Part shown: one piece after another, positions 10,366 through 22,391 of the stretch
Numbering within the stretch: position 1 is the first letter of the stretch
Layout: the number at the start of each line of letters is the position of its first letter
Source: Candidatus Hydrogenedens sp.
GTDB taxonomy: Bacteria; Hydrogenedentota; Hydrogenedentia; Hydrogenedentales; Hydrogenedentaceae
Length of the DNA stretch: 64,000 bases
Reading direction: 5' to 3'
Assembly (NCBI GenBank): GCA_049968235.1
Contig: JBMFRC010000012.1
Span: forward strand, 1 to 64,000
Notes under the pieces: generated by a model
Databases searched by the model: none
Seen by the model: only the letters and a program-made list of their open reading frames with translations
Told to the model about the DNA's origin: nothing
Made by a program: the position numbers and the translations under genes

Positions 10366-11757
10366 ATGTTTAGTTTCTTCTCCATATATCGCTGGATACG
10401 AATAGTTAAAATGGGCTTTAAAAGTCTATGGCTACACAGACTACGCTCGTTGTTAACTATGTTAGGAATTGTGTTTGGTGTGGCTTCTGTAATTGCTATG
10501 TTAGCAGTTGGAGAAGGAGCAAGTCAGGTAGCCCAGGAACAAATTCGCAGGTTAGGTAGTAAGAATATCATTGTGCGTAGTGTTAAACCTTCTTTAGAAC
10601 AAAAAGCCACTGGACAACGGAGCCGTGCAATTGAATATGGAATAACATGGGAAGATGCAACAAGAATACGCTCATCCATCCTGGATGTGGAAGTTTTGGT
10701 CCCAAATAGAATTATTCGAGATGTCGTCTGGAATACACAATGGAGGGTAGATGCACAAATTGTAGGAACAGTAAATTGGTATCCCGAGATGAGACAATTA
10801 AAAATTATTGAGGGACGATATTTTACAGAAACAGAAGTTACAAATGTAAAAAATGTGTGTGTTTTGTCAATAGATACTATAAAAACTTTGTTCCCCAATG
10901 GAAGTCCTGTGGGTAAAAGTGTTCGTATTGGTTCAGATTACTATAAAGTAATTGGAATTATTGAAGATGAAGGAGGAATTGGAATAACGCCTCAATCACA
11001 AAACTTCCTCATGCAAACTTCAGAAACTAAAAATACAAAAGAGACAAGAGATAATATCCCGTCTCCTAAAATAGAAATGGAGAAAAGTGACGGAAGAAAA
11101 GGACCCTTAGCCACGCCTCAATCTCGAATTTATATTCCTATTACTGCTGCACAAAAAAGATTCGGTGAAACATTAGTCCGAAGAACAACAGGAACATTTG
11201 AAGCAGAAAGAGTTGAATTACACGAATTAATTGTAATGGTAAATGAAGAAAATAGGGTGGAGGAAGTTGCAATGATTATCGATAATATACTCCAAAAGTA
11301 TCATAAACAGAGAGATTATGAATTAACAATACCGTTAGAACTTCTACGGCAGGCAGAACGAACCAAACAAATTTTTAATCTCGTTTTAGGAACCATTGCC
11401 GGTATATCATTGTTAGTTGGGGGAATAGGAATAATGAATATCATGCTTGCCACCGTTACAGAAAGGACTCGAGAAATAGGTATTCGAAGAGCATTAGGAG
11501 CAAAAAAAAGAGATATTATCCTTCAATTCCTTGTAGAAACAATCATTATGTCAGGAACAGGTGGACTTATGGGAATTGGTTTGGGTTTATTTATTCCTTA
11601 TCTCATAACCTATTTTGCTTCAATGCCGACTATTATCCGTTTATGGAGTCCTTTAATAGCATTTGGAATATCAGCAGGAATAGGAATTATTTTCGGAATA
11701 TATCCCGCACTTCGTGCTGCGAATATGGATCCTGTTGAAGCACTTCGACATGAATAA
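10366..11757 (+). CDS. ABC transporter permease, MacB/FtsX-like
   Basis: It has an N-terminal TM segment, a large periplasmic domain and a C-terminal FtsX-like four-TM bundle. It lies immediately downstream of the ATPase. Confidence 0.82.
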   Translation: MFSFFSIYRWIRIVKMGFKSLWLHRLRSLLTMLGIVFGVASVIAMLAVGEGASQVAQEQIRRLGSKNIIVRSVKPSLEQKATGQRSRAIEYGITWEDATRIRSSILDVEVLVPNRIIRDVVWNTQWRVDAQIVGTVNWYPEMRQLKIIEGRYFTETEVTNVKNVCVLSIDTIKTLFPNGSPVGKSVRIGSDYYKVIGIIEDEGGIGITPQSQNFLMQTSETKNTKETRDNIPSPKIEMEKSDGRKGPLATPQSRIYIPITAAQKRFGETLVRRTTGTFEAERVELHELIVMVNEENRVEEVAMIIDNILQKYHKQRDYELTIPLELLRQAERTKQIFNLVLGTIAGISLLVGGIGIMNIMLATVTERTREIGIRRALGAKKRDIILQFLVETIIMSGTGGLMGIGLGLFIPYLITYFASMPTIIRLWSPLIAFGISAGIGIIFGIYPALRAANMDPVEALRHE

Positions 11758-11835
11758 AATAAATTAGCACTTCATCCCTCCTTCTTATATAATTAGTAAG
11801 TAAAACAAATTATTAAATAAATAATAATAATACAT

Positions 11836-13056
11836 ATGTTGTCAGAAAATATTGAAATAAGAGGTGCCAAAACACAACAGGAAGTAAATGAAGCCATCCA
11901 ATTAATGGCAAGTATATCCCGACAGGACTTCTATGTCGCCAGTGATTGGTTGGCAAATATCGGGGCAAATTATCCGAACTTCCAGAATGAACATATCCGT
12001 ATCGCCTTATATAAAGGGAAGATTATATCTACACTAAGAATTACAACAGATATAATTCGTATCGGCGAAGCAAGATTAAAAATGGGGGGAGTGGGATGGG
12101 TGTCAACCGCAGGACATTTTAGAAATAAAGGTATTGCCAGCAAATTAATTCAAAATGCAGTGCAATACATGAGAGCCAATGCTTACCATGTTTCTATGCT
12201 TTTTGGCATCCCCAATTTTTATCATCGCTTTGGCTTCGCTACTACACTACCTGAATATTATGTAAACATAACAACAAAGGAGGTTCTAACAATTCAGCCT
12301 GTTCCACATAAAGTACGAAAAGTAAAGCCAGGGGATATTGTTCTATTGCGAAAGATTCACCATGAGAATGATGAAGATGTCGCATGTTCTTTAATAAGAA
12401 CACAGGCACATTTTGCTGTTAAATGGAGAGAATGGGAACATGGGAAAACAGTGATGGATATGAATGGAAAAATATTAGGATACTTTTTGCCAAGAACGCA
12501 GAATAGCGATACATTATTTATTCAAGAAATGGGTTCAACAGATATAGAATCATCAAAAGTGGTGTTATATGCTATTGGTAAATTAGCAGAAAAGGAAAAA
12601 GTAGGTAAAATACAACTTGCCACTCCTCCATGTCATCCTATAGCTCGACTCTTGATAAAACATTACTCGATTCAAGAGATTCACTATAAAAGAAATGAAG
12701 GAGGAATGATGGCTGTTGTAAACGAAGAAGAAACATTAGAATGTATGATTCCTGAATGGGAAAAACAAATACAGCAAAAAACATTTACCCAACAGGATGA
12801 CGAAGTAACGCTACTTATTTCAGGTGTCCCATATTGTATCCATTACCGAAAAGGTTCCATTAGCGTCATTAAAAAATCAGGGAAAAACAAGGTTTCTATG
12901 GATAAAGTAGATTTAGCACAACTTTTAGCAGGATATATCTATATCGCAGATATTTTAGACAAAAAACGATTTTCAATTTCCGCTGAAGCGAGAAATTTTT
13001 TATTCACAATATTTCCAAAAAGGTTTCCATATGTGTGGCAGATGGACCGATTTTAG
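11836..13056 (+). CDS. Eis-like GNAT N-acetyltransferase (GNAT plus sterol-carrier-like C-terminal domain)
   Basis: The acetyl-CoA motif is GGVGWVSTAGHFRNKGIASKL. The ~400 aa length and a C-terminus ending in Phe fit the Eis family. Confidence 0.7.
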   Translation: MLSENIEIRGAKTQQEVNEAIQLMASISRQDFYVASDWLANIGANYPNFQNEHIRIALYKGKIISTLRITTDIIRIGEARLKMGGVGWVSTAGHFRNKGIASKLIQNAVQYMRANAYHVSMLFGIPNFYHRFGFATTLPEYYVNITTKEVLTIQPVPHKVRKVKPGDIVLLRKIHHENDEDVACSLIRTQAHFAVKWREWEHGKTVMDMNGKILGYFLPRTQNSDTLFIQEMGSTDIESSKVVLYAIGKLAEKEKVGKIQLATPPCHPIARLLIKHYSIQEIHYKRNEGGMMAVVNEEETLECMIPEWEKQIQQKTFTQQDDEVTLLISGVPYCIHYRKGSISVIKKSGKNKVSMDKVDLAQLLAGYIYIADILDKKRFSISAEARNFLFTIFPKRFPYVWQMDRF

Positions 13057-13067
13057 TGAGGTAATAC

Positions 13068-14945
13068 ATGAAAATAAATAATAGTATCAAATTTAGATTT
13101 ATTGGTAATCTGATTATCGTTTTTATTTTCTTAACATTACTTATCTCTACTTTACAGGTTATTTTGATAAACAACCTTGTTATTAAGGCTTCCAATGAGA
13201 GAATAAAATTAAATATAAGGTCGGGTTGGTATTACTTTGAAGAAAAGAAACGAAAATTAGAGATGATTCTTGATTTTTTACAGAACAATATACTCTTAAT
13301 ACAGGGTAATGTGGAGACAATTCTTGAAAATATGCAGAATATATTGGTTAAATATGCGGAGAACAAGGATATGGATTATCTATGGATAATTCCAACCGAT
13401 ATGTGCGAATTAGATAAAAATATATTGCAGGAAATAAATGATTTCTTTAATAAAAAAAATCCAACGAGTTCATCAGGATACATAAAGAAAAATTTTAAAA
13501 AGTTAAGTGAAAAGGTTCCCTTTATTTTCCAATCCCATGCCAATATTCCAGAAGGAGAACTGATTTCTATTTTTTCAAGTAAAAGGTTCCCTTTAGAAAA
13601 CTCAAATAAAGGACATAACACAGAGATAATTTTAATTGCGGGTAGTTGGTTAGACGGGGCAAATTATTTCGTTGACCAGATACAAAATCTCGTATTTGAA
13701 GACCGCTTTTATAAAGGACGAAGAGTCGGTACCGTAACAATTTTTAATGGTTCTCAACGAGTTGCTACTACCGTATTATTACCTGATGGGCAGAGAGCTA
13801 TAGGAACACAGGTATCCGAAGAGGTAAAAGAACAAACTCTGATAAAAGGTATTCCATGGATAGGTAGAGCAAAAGTTCTGGATAATTGGTATTTAACCTG
13901 TTACCAGCCCATTCGCGATATTCACGAGAATATCATTGGTATGTTATACATGGGCGAATTAGAAGCGGTAACAAAAGATACCCGAACTTTTGTTGTTCTG
14001 ACAACCATAGTAATTATTCTATTTATTATGACTATTGCTCTTGTTGTGCGATTGGGACAAACTACCCGATTATTAAAACGAATTTATAAACTAAGAAACT
14101 CTGCTAATGAGTTCGCAAATGGCAATTATTCCATTAGAGTAGAAAATGATACTGTCGGAGATGAATTATCCGAATTGATTGCAGTTTTCAATTCTATGTT
14201 AGAGACTATTGAGAAAGATAGAGAACAACTCATTAAACAACAAGAACTAATTGAAGAAGCAAATGCCAACTATCTCGACATGTTAGGATTTGTAACTCAT
14301 GAACTACGAAATAGTTTAGGTTCAGCTCTATTCAACATAGCCTCCCTAAAGGAAGGGGCATTCGGAGAAGTTTCCCCGGAGGTAAAAGAAGGCATTGATA
14401 TTGTTGAAGATAGCCTGAAATACTTAAAGGAAATAACCAATAACTACCTACAACTATCTCGTTTAGAACAGGGAGATTTATACTTTGAGAAAAGCGAAGT
14501 AAATCTACTAAATGACATAATTCAGCCCGTTTTAAGTGAAGTTTCAAAACTACTGGAAACAAAAAAAATGAGTGTCATAAATGAGGTAACAGAAAAATTT
14601 ACTATGCCTGCCGATATAAATTTAATGAGGGTTGTTTATGAGAATCTATTGGGGAATGCTATTAAATATGGAAAAGAAGGCGGGAATATCAAAATTTCAG
14701 CAAAACGAATGGATGACAAAATTCAATTGATTATATGGAATGATGGAGTACCTATCGAACCTAAGATAATAACATCACTATTCCACCGTTTCAGAAGATA
14801 TGATACACAGACCACAGAAGGGAAAAAAGGAACGGGTTTAGGGTTATTCATTGTAAGACGGATAATAGAATTACACGGCGGAGAAATTACCATCCAATCA
14901 ACTCCGGAAAACGGGACCTATTTCATAATAACCATCCCATGTTGA
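13068..14945 (+). CDS. Sensor histidine kinase with a large periplasmic sensor domain; no response regulator gene adjacent
   Basis: Two TM segments flank a sensor domain of about 280 aa. These are followed by a HAMP-like segment, an H-box (THELRNSLGS), and N, G1 and G2 boxes (GTGLGLFIVRRIIELHGG). Confidence 0.85.
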   Translation: MKINNSIKFRFIGNLIIVFIFLTLLISTLQVILINNLVIKASNERIKLNIRSGWYYFEEKKRKLEMILDFLQNNILLIQGNVETILENMQNILVKYAENKDMDYLWIIPTDMCELDKNILQEINDFFNKKNPTSSSGYIKKNFKKLSEKVPFIFQSHANIPEGELISIFSSKRFPLENSNKGHNTEIILIAGSWLDGANYFVDQIQNLVFEDRFYKGRRVGTVTIFNGSQRVATTVLLPDGQRAIGTQVSEEVKEQTLIKGIPWIGRAKVLDNWYLTCYQPIRDIHENIIGMLYMGELEAVTKDTRTFVVLTTIVIILFIMTIALVVRLGQTTRLLKRIYKLRNSANEFANGNYSIRVENDTVGDELSELIAVFNSMLETIEKDREQLIKQQELIEEANANYLDMLGFVTHELRNSLGSALFNIASLKEGAFGEVSPEVKEGIDIVEDSLKYLKEITNNYLQLSRLEQGDLYFEKSEVNLLNDIIQPVLSEVSKLLETKKMSVINEVTEKFTMPADINLMRVVYENLLGNAIKYGKEGGNIKISAKRMDDKIQLIIWNDGVPIEPKIITSLFHRFRRYDTQTTEGKKGTGLGLFIVRRIIELHGGEITIQSTPENGTYFIITIPC

Positions 14946-15126
14946 TTTAAAATAATTCAAATCAAAATACAGACCAATTAAATTATTGCATAATATTCAA
15001 CAGGAAGAATTTTATTACAATTGTGCTCTAAATATAAGCATTTTCTGAATTAAAATTTACCCCATATAAACATTTGATATTCTGGGGATGGTAGGTAAAA
15101 GAATAGGTAATGGTTTGTTTTTGAAG

Positions 15127-17403
15127 TTATGTGTCTTTTTTAGAAAATAGATTCCTTATTATGTTTAGTGCACCACCTGCTTTGTACCATTCAATTTGTA
15201 TGGCATTGTAGGAGTGGTTTGCTAATATAACCTCGTTTGTGCCGTCTGTATGGTGAATAATGACGGTTAGCGGTTTTTGCGTAGAAAAAGTATCGAGACC
15301 TAATATGTCGATTTTATCATCTTCACAAATTTTATCGTAGTCATTAGGGTCTGCAAAGGTTAGAGCGAGTATTCCCTGTTTTTTTAGGTTTGTTTCATGA
15401 ATTCTGGCGAAACTACGAACAAGGATAACTTTTACGCCTAAATATCGCGGTTCCATTGCTGCGTGTTCGCGTGAAGAACCTTCTCCATAATTTTCATCAC
15501 CAATTACAATTGTTCCTATCCCTTTTTGTTTATAAAATCGTTGAACCTCCGATACAGTTCCGTACTTACCTGTTATTTGGTTTTTTACATAATTTGTTTT
15601 ATTGTTGAATGCATTAATAGCGCCCATGAAACAATTGTTGGAGATATTATCAAGATGTCCACGATATTTTAACCATGGTCCCGCGGGTGAGATATGGTCT
15701 GTGGTGCATTTTCCTTTGATTTTTAATAGTACATTCAAACCTATGAGGTCTCCATTATTTGGTGGGAATGGTTCCAGTAATTGTAATCGTTGTGAGTCTG
15801 GTCTAACATCTACTTTTAGGTCTTTTGATTGCTCAGCAGGGGGAACATAACCGGGATTGGAACATGTAAAACCATTTTTGGGGAATTCATCACCTACGGG
15901 AGGTTGCAACATTACTTCAACACCTTCTTCATTAAGTAATTTATCGGTTAATGGGTTGAAAGTAATATTTCCGGCTAAAACTAATGCAGTTACTATCTCC
16001 GGGGAAGCAACAAAAGCATGTGTTTTAGGATTACCATCATTTCTTTTTGCGAAGTTTCTGTTAAATGAGGTTACGATTGTATTCGGTTCATCTTCGGAAC
16101 CATAACGATGTCTTGCCCATTGACCAATGCAGGGACCACATGCATTAGCAAGAACAACGCCATGGATACTTTCGAAATCTTTAAGTATGCCATCTCTTTC
16201 AATTGTTTCGCGTATTTGTTCTGACCCGGGAGTGATTATAAATTCTGCTTTTGCCTTTAGCTTGTTGGAGATTGCTTGTCGTGCAATGGATGCTGACCTG
16301 CTTAAATCTTCATAGGAAGAATTTGTGCAGGAGCCTATTAATCCCACTTCCACTTTAATGGGCCAATTATTGGTTATAGCCTTCTCTTTAATTTGTGAGA
16401 TAGGAGTGGCTAAATCAGGTGTAAATGGACCATTTAGATATGGTTCCAGAGTGGATAAATCTATCTCTATTACCAAATCGTAATAACTTTCAGGATTTAG
16501 CACAACTTCTTTATCGGGACAGAGTTCATGGCTTAATACTTCACATAATTGTGCCACTTTTTCTCTGCCTGTATGAATTAAATAATCCTTCATTCGTTCG
16601 TCGTAAGGGAAAATGGAACATGTTGCCCCTACTTCTGCACCCATATTGCATATTGTTGCTTTTCCCGTGCATGAAATAGTTTCTGTGCCAGGTCCAAAAT
16701 ATTCAATAATAAATCCTGTTCCTCCTTTAACAGTAAGAATACCTGCTAATTTTAGTATTACATCCTTAGGGGATGTCCAGCCATTTAATTCTCCAGTGAG
16801 TTTAACACCCATAATTTTGGGGAATTTCAATTCCCATGGCAGACCTGCCATAACATCTACGGCATCAGCACCCCCTACACCTATGGCTATCATTCCTAAC
16901 CCGCCTGCATTAGGAGTATGGGAATCTGTTCCAATCATCATACCTCCGGGAAAAGCGTAGTTCTCTAAAATAACCTGATGAATGATTCCTGCCCCCGGCT
17001 TCCAGAAACCTATCCCATATTTTTGTGAAACGCTATATAGAAAATTATAGACCTCTTCATTATCTGTCAAGGCTTTTTGCAAATCAGATGTTGCCCCTTT
17101 TTCTGCTAAAATTAAATGGTCACAGTGAACCGTAGTAGGGACTGCAACTTTAGGTCTACCTGCTTGCATGAATTGTAATAATGCCATTTGTGCGGTAGCA
17201 TCTTGCATAGCAACACGGTCGGGATTAAATTCAATATATTCATTGCCTCTCTGAATTTCACGAATATCGGCTCTATTAGGTACATGGCTAAATAGAATTT
17301 TTTCTGTAAGGGTTAATGGACGATTTAATTTATATCGAATTTCTTTTAATGTGTTCTGATAGTTATTTAATGTGTTTGCAATTAATTCAAAATCAAATAA
17401 CAT
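15127..17403 (-). CDS. acn: Aconitate hydratase (mitochondrial-type / AcnA-family, ~758 aa)
   Basis: [14 protein letters not shown] is present. The Fe-S ligand region carries [12 protein letters not shown], and a C-terminal swivel domain follows. Confidence 0.88.
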   Translation of the reverse strand: MLFDFELIANTLNNYQNTLKEIRYKLNRPLTLTEKILFSHVPNRADIREIQRGNEYIEFNPDRVAMQDATAQMALLQFMQAGRPKVAVPTTVHCDHLILAEKGATSDLQKALTDNEEVYNFLYSVSQKYGIGFWKPGAGIIHQVILENYAFPGGMMIGTDSHTPNAGGLGMIAIGVGGADAVDVMAGLPWELKFPKIMGVKLTGELNGWTSPKDVILKLAGILTVKGGTGFIIEYFGPGTETISCTGKATICNMGAEVGATCSIFPYDERMKDYLIHTGREKVAQLCEVLSHELCPDKEVVLNPESYYDLVIEIDLSTLEPYLNGPFTPDLATPISQIKEKAITNNWPIKVEVGLIGSCTNSSYEDLSRSASIARQAISNKLKAKAEFIITPGSEQIRETIERDGILKDFESIHGVVLANACGPCIGQWARHRYGSEDEPNTIVTSFNRNFAKRNDGNPKTHAFVASPEIVTALVLAGNITFNPLTDKLLNEEGVEVMLQPPVGDEFPKNGFTCSNPGYVPPAEQSKDLKVDVRPDSQRLQLLEPFPPNNGDLIGLNVLLKIKGKCTTDHISPAGPWLKYRGHLDNISNNCFMGAINAFNNKTNYVKNQITGKYGTVSEVQRFYKQKGIGTIVIGDENYGEGSSREHAAMEPRYLGVKVILVRSFARIHETNLKKQGILALTFADPNDYDKICEDDKIDILGLDTFSTQKPLTVIIHHTDGTNEVILANHSYNAIQIEWYKAGGALNIIRNLFSKKDT

Positions 17404-17470
17404 AGGAGTATCTCCATTGAAAAAAGGGGAACATTTATAGGAAATAATGACAAAATTATAAATGATAAAA

Positions 17471-19270
17471 CTACTCTTTTTCTAATATATAAACGACTTC
17501 TTCTGCTGTAAGATTATTGAGATAATGAACAGTACCCTTAGAATTTAGAGAAATTTCTTTAAGTATTTTTATTTTCATATCTTTACAAAGAGCACGAAAA
17601 TCTTTCAATGTGAAGAAATGCCTATTAGGACTTTCATACCAGGAATAAGGAAGATTGGGTGTAACAGGAGAAGCACCTTTAAATAAGATATAAGAGCGTA
17701 CTTTCCAGTGTCCGAAATTAGGGAAACTTACTATTCCTCTTTTTCCTATACGGAGCATTTCCTTTAGTACAAGGTCAGGTCGTTTTATAACCTGCAAAGT
17801 CATGCTCAATATAACATAGTCGAAGCAATTATCAGGTAGTTCGGAAAGTCCTTCATCAATATCTGCCTGGATAACGGGTAGTCCACAAGAAATGGCACTT
17901 ATAACATTATGCTGATTGTTTTCAATCCCCAATCCATTAGTTTTCTTCTCACGGTCAAGGCGACACAAAAGTGTGCCTGCACCACAGCCAAGGTCTAATA
18001 TTCGAGCATTATATTCTATGAGTTTAACTATCAAATCCAGGTCAATTCGAGACCCCGAGTAGATACTATTTGATACAACTTGTTTAGGTTCGACTTTTTC
18101 TTGCCTGTCGTTGGCTAAACACTTGGGACAGGGTCGGTCAGGAAAATAGACATGTTTAAGGAAACCACTGATAAGTTCTGTCGTACTTTTGTAGTCAATA
18201 AGAAAAGAATCATGTCCATAGGGAGATTGAATATTGCAATAACTGACATTTTTTCTCTGTCGTGCAAGGGCGAAGACAATCTCTCTTGACTTTTCCGGAG
18301 GATATAACCAGTCCGAAGAAAATGAAATTACTAATGTTTTCCCTTGAACTCTATTCAAAGCATCATCTAAATTATTATATCCTCGAGAAATATCAAAGTA
18401 ATCAATGGCTTTTGTTATATAGAGATAAGAATTAGCATCAAAACGATTAACAAATTTTTCGCCTTGATAATCTAAATAACTTTCTATGGAAAATTCTTTA
18501 TTCACATCATAACGAAATTGTTCGCCGTTCTGGAGTTTCCTGCCAAATTTATTCTTCATCGAGTCGTCCGAAAGATAAGTAATGTGGGATAACATGCGTG
18601 CAACAGCCAATCCATTAGTTGGACCGGGTGATGGATAATATTTGCTGTTGGTAAATTTTGGGTCAGAAAGTATAGCATGCCTTCCTACTGCGTGAAAAGC
18701 AATCTGTTGGGTTTCACTAACAGGAGGTGCAGAAATTACAACAATCGACTTTGTTCTATCGGGATAACGGACACTCCATTCCAATGCCTGCATACCGCCC
18801 ATCGAACCACCGATAACACAAAGCCATTTAGAAATGTCTAAATATTTCATTAGTTCATATTGGGCTTTGACCATATCCCCAATAGTTACAAAAGGGAAAT
18901 CTGTGCCATAAGGTTGCCCTGTTTCGGGATTGATGGACATGGGTCCTGTAGAACCAGCACATCCTCCCAATGTATTGGAACAAACAACAAAGTATAGATT
19001 GGTGTCAAGTGCCTTTCCGGGACCTATCATAGGGTCCCACCAGCCGGGTTTAGTATCTTCCTTGCTATGATAACCCGCTGCATGAGCATCGCCGGATAAA
19101 GCGTGACATACAAGGATGGCGTTATCTTTTTTTTCGGATAAGACCCCGTAGGTTTCATATGCAATTGTAACTGGACTTAATTTTGCACCACTCTCCAGAG
19201 TAAGATACTCCGGAGGATGGGCAAATGTATAGTATTTTGTTTCAACAATTCCTACACTTCCTGTTTCCAT
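17471..19270 (-). CDS. metX: Homoserine O-acetyltransferase MetX fused to methionine-biosynthesis protein MetW
   Basis: The N-terminal ~370 aa form an alpha/beta-hydrolase MetX with a GGSMGG nucleophile elbow. The C-terminal ~200 aa match MetW ([11 protein letters not shown]...[12 protein letters not shown]...[17 protein letters not shown]). Confidence 0.85.
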   Translation of the reverse strand: METGSVGIVETKYYTFAHPPEYLTLESGAKLSPVTIAYETYGVLSEKKDNAILVCHALSGDAHAAGYHSKEDTKPGWWDPMIGPGKALDTNLYFVVCSNTLGGCAGSTGPMSINPETGQPYGTDFPFVTIGDMVKAQYELMKYLDISKWLCVIGGSMGGMQALEWSVRYPDRTKSIVVISAPPVSETQQIAFHAVGRHAILSDPKFTNSKYYPSPGPTNGLAVARMLSHITYLSDDSMKNKFGRKLQNGEQFRYDVNKEFSIESYLDYQGEKFVNRFDANSYLYITKAIDYFDISRGYNNLDDALNRVQGKTLVISFSSDWLYPPEKSREIVFALARQRKNVSYCNIQSPYGHDSFLIDYKSTTELISGFLKHVYFPDRPCPKCLANDRQEKVEPKQVVSNSIYSGSRIDLDLIVKLIEYNARILDLGCGAGTLLCRLDREKKTNGLGIENNQHNVISAISCGLPVIQADIDEGLSELPDNCFDYVILSMTLQVIKRPDLVLKEMLRIGKRGIVSFPNFGHWKVRSYILFKGASPVTPNLPYSWYESPNRHFFTLKDFRALCKDMKIKILKEISLNSKGTVHYLNNLTAEEVVYILEKE

Positions 19271-19290
19271 AACTTAATAAAACCTGGAAT

Positions 19291-20598
<1,308 letters not shown>

Positions 20599-20623
20599 TC
20601 ATTTATTTTTTTATTTATTGTTT

Positions 20624-21556
20624 TTATTGTCCATTAAATAGAGATGTAGATAAATAGCGTTCACCGGAATCGGGAAGGATAACTACGAAAGTCTTATACT
20701 CAAATTCTTCTCTCTGTGCTAATCGAAGAGCAACAGCCATTGCAGCACCAGAACTTATTCCAGCAATAATCCCCTCTTCTTTTGCTAGTCGGCGAGCCGT
20801 TTCGAAGGCTTCTTCGTCTGTTACGGTTTCGATACGGTCTATCAAATTTAAATCCAATATATCGGGTTTAAATCCTGCTCCAATTCCTTGTATTTTGTGA
20901 GGACCTGGAGAACCACCGGATAAGACAGGCGAACCTGCAGGTTCAATACCCACACTTATAATTTTTTTCCCACATACTTCCTTTATATATCTGCTTACTC
21001 CTGTTATTGTTCCACCGGTACCTATACCTGCCACAAATACATCAACAGTCCCATCCGTATCATTCCAAATCTCCGGTCCTGTTGTTCTAAAATGTATAGC
21101 TGGATTTGCTGGATTTTTAAATTGTTGAGGCATAAAGTAGTTTGGATTTTCACGGGCAATTCTTTCTGCTTCTGCGATAGCACCTCGCATTCCTTTATCA
21201 CCGGGAGTAAGAATGATTTCCGCTCCAAACGCTTTTAACATAGCCCTGCGTTCTAAACTCATAGTTTCGGGCATGGTTAGAATTAAACGATATCCGCGTG
21301 CTGCAGAAACAAAAGCAAGGGCAATACCTGTGTTGCCCGATGTAGGTTCAATAATAGTACCCCCAGGTTTTAGTAGCCCTTTATTTTCAGCATCCCATAT
21401 CATTGCGGAACCAATACGGCATTTCACAGAATAACCCGGGTTTCTTCCTTCAATTTTTACAAAAATTTTATCTGTTTTTGCCCCCTGATTGAGTTTATTT
21501 ATTTTTATCATAGGTGTATTTCCAATGGATTGACTGTTGTCTGTAAATACTTTCAT
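20624..21556 (-). CDS. cysK: Cysteine synthase A (O-acetylserine sulfhydrylase)
   Basis: The N-terminus reads [16 protein letters not shown]-lysine is present, and the nucleotide-binding loop reads [10 protein letters not shown]. Confidence 0.9.
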   Translation of the reverse strand: MKVFTDNSQSIGNTPMIKINKLNQGAKTDKIFVKIEGRNPGYSVKCRIGSAMIWDAENKGLLKPGGTIIEPTSGNTGIALAFVSAARGYRLILTMPETMSLERRAMLKAFGAEIILTPGDKGMRGAIAEAERIARENPNYFMPQQFKNPANPAIHFRTTGPEIWNDTDGTVDVFVAGIGTGGTITGVSRYIKEVCGKKIISVGIEPAGSPVLSGGSPGPHKIQGIGAGFKPDILDLNLIDRIETVTDEEAFETARRLAKEEGIIAGISSGAAMAVALRLAQREEFEYKTFVVILPDSGERYLSTSLFNGQ

Positions 21557-21998
21557 TTTAAAATCCTCCTTAAATTTATAGATTTATAATTGATTGCAAA
21601 ATTAGTTAAAGAAGAAAAAATAGGAGAGAGGAAAACTAACACATGAAGGGGGTACATCGGCAGGAAAAAACGAAGACATCAAATTTTACAAAATATATGT
21701 GTTCCATTTTTTTGATTTTGATACCTGTGTTAGTTGTTTTAATAAAAATATTTTTTAGTTTAACATATTTTACTTTTATAAACAAATTTTAATAAATATA
21801 TATTTCCGAAGAATAAAAATTTGCAATTGCAACTGGTATGTGATATAGTATGACTTGTAATTGAATATGTCAAAGGGGTTTATTAGTTAGGGATGTACTA
21901 AAAATCCTGTGATTCATTGGTTCCCCGCCTGAATAAAGCAGAGTGCTATATGATAACAGGTTTTGAGGGTACAGGCTGGTAAACTTCTGTGACAGAAT

Positions 21999-22307
21999 GT
22001 GTATGTTTTAGGAGATGCACAAGTGAATATTTTTGTAGGAAATCTGCCGTATTCATCCACCGAACAGCAATTAGAAGAAATGTTCGGAAGATACGGCAAA
22101 GTAGACTCTGCGCGAATAATTTCAGACCGTAATACGCGTAGGTCTCGTGGCTTTGCGTTTGTAGAAATGCCTGATGACAATGAGGCAAAATCAGCAATCG
22201 AAGCACTCAACGGTACCAGTTTAGGTGGAAGAGAACTTAAAATTAACGAAGCTAGACCTAAGGAGGAATTTGCACCGCGCAGAAATCGTAATCGTTATAG
22301 ACAATAA
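21999..22307 (+). CDS. RRM-type RNA-binding protein (glycine/arginine-rich tail). The true start is probably the GTG at 22023, which is preceded by GGAG.
   Basis: RNP2 is NIFVGNLPY and RNP1 is RGFAFVEM. The C-terminus is rich in R/N. Confidence 0.85.
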   Translation: MYVLGDAQVNIFVGNLPYSSTEQQLEEMFGRYGKVDSARIISDRNTRRSRGFAFVEMPDDNEAKSAIEALNGTSLGGRELKINEARPKEEFAPRRNRNRYRQ

Positions 22308-22340
22308 CTCAAAAAGAGTTTATATAGAACGATTATAAAA

Positions 22341-22378
22341 ATATGCTCACTTCCAAAGAAGTGAGCATATTCATTTTT
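22341..22378. terminator. Bidirectional intrinsic terminator between the convergent RRM and acylase genes
   Basis: The stem ATATGCTCACTTC / GAAGTGAGCATAT is a perfect 13 bp with a CAAA loop. It is followed by TCATTTTT, and the opposite strand is A-rich upstream. Confidence 0.8.
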
Positions 22379-22391
22379 ATGATAACTAATC

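Noticed and set aside
15602-16960. Four plus-strand ORFs of 62-115 aa antisense to the aconitase gene
   Set aside because: They are shadow ORFs. The aconitase call on the opposite strand is unambiguous.
21557-21998. SAM-I riboswitch or T-box expected upstream of the cysK-metY-metXW operon
   Set aside because: I could not find the conserved SAM-I core (GGUGGAGGGA..GCAACC) or the T-box AGGGUGGNACCGCG on either strand. The region is left as an unexplained leader that needs an Infernal scan.
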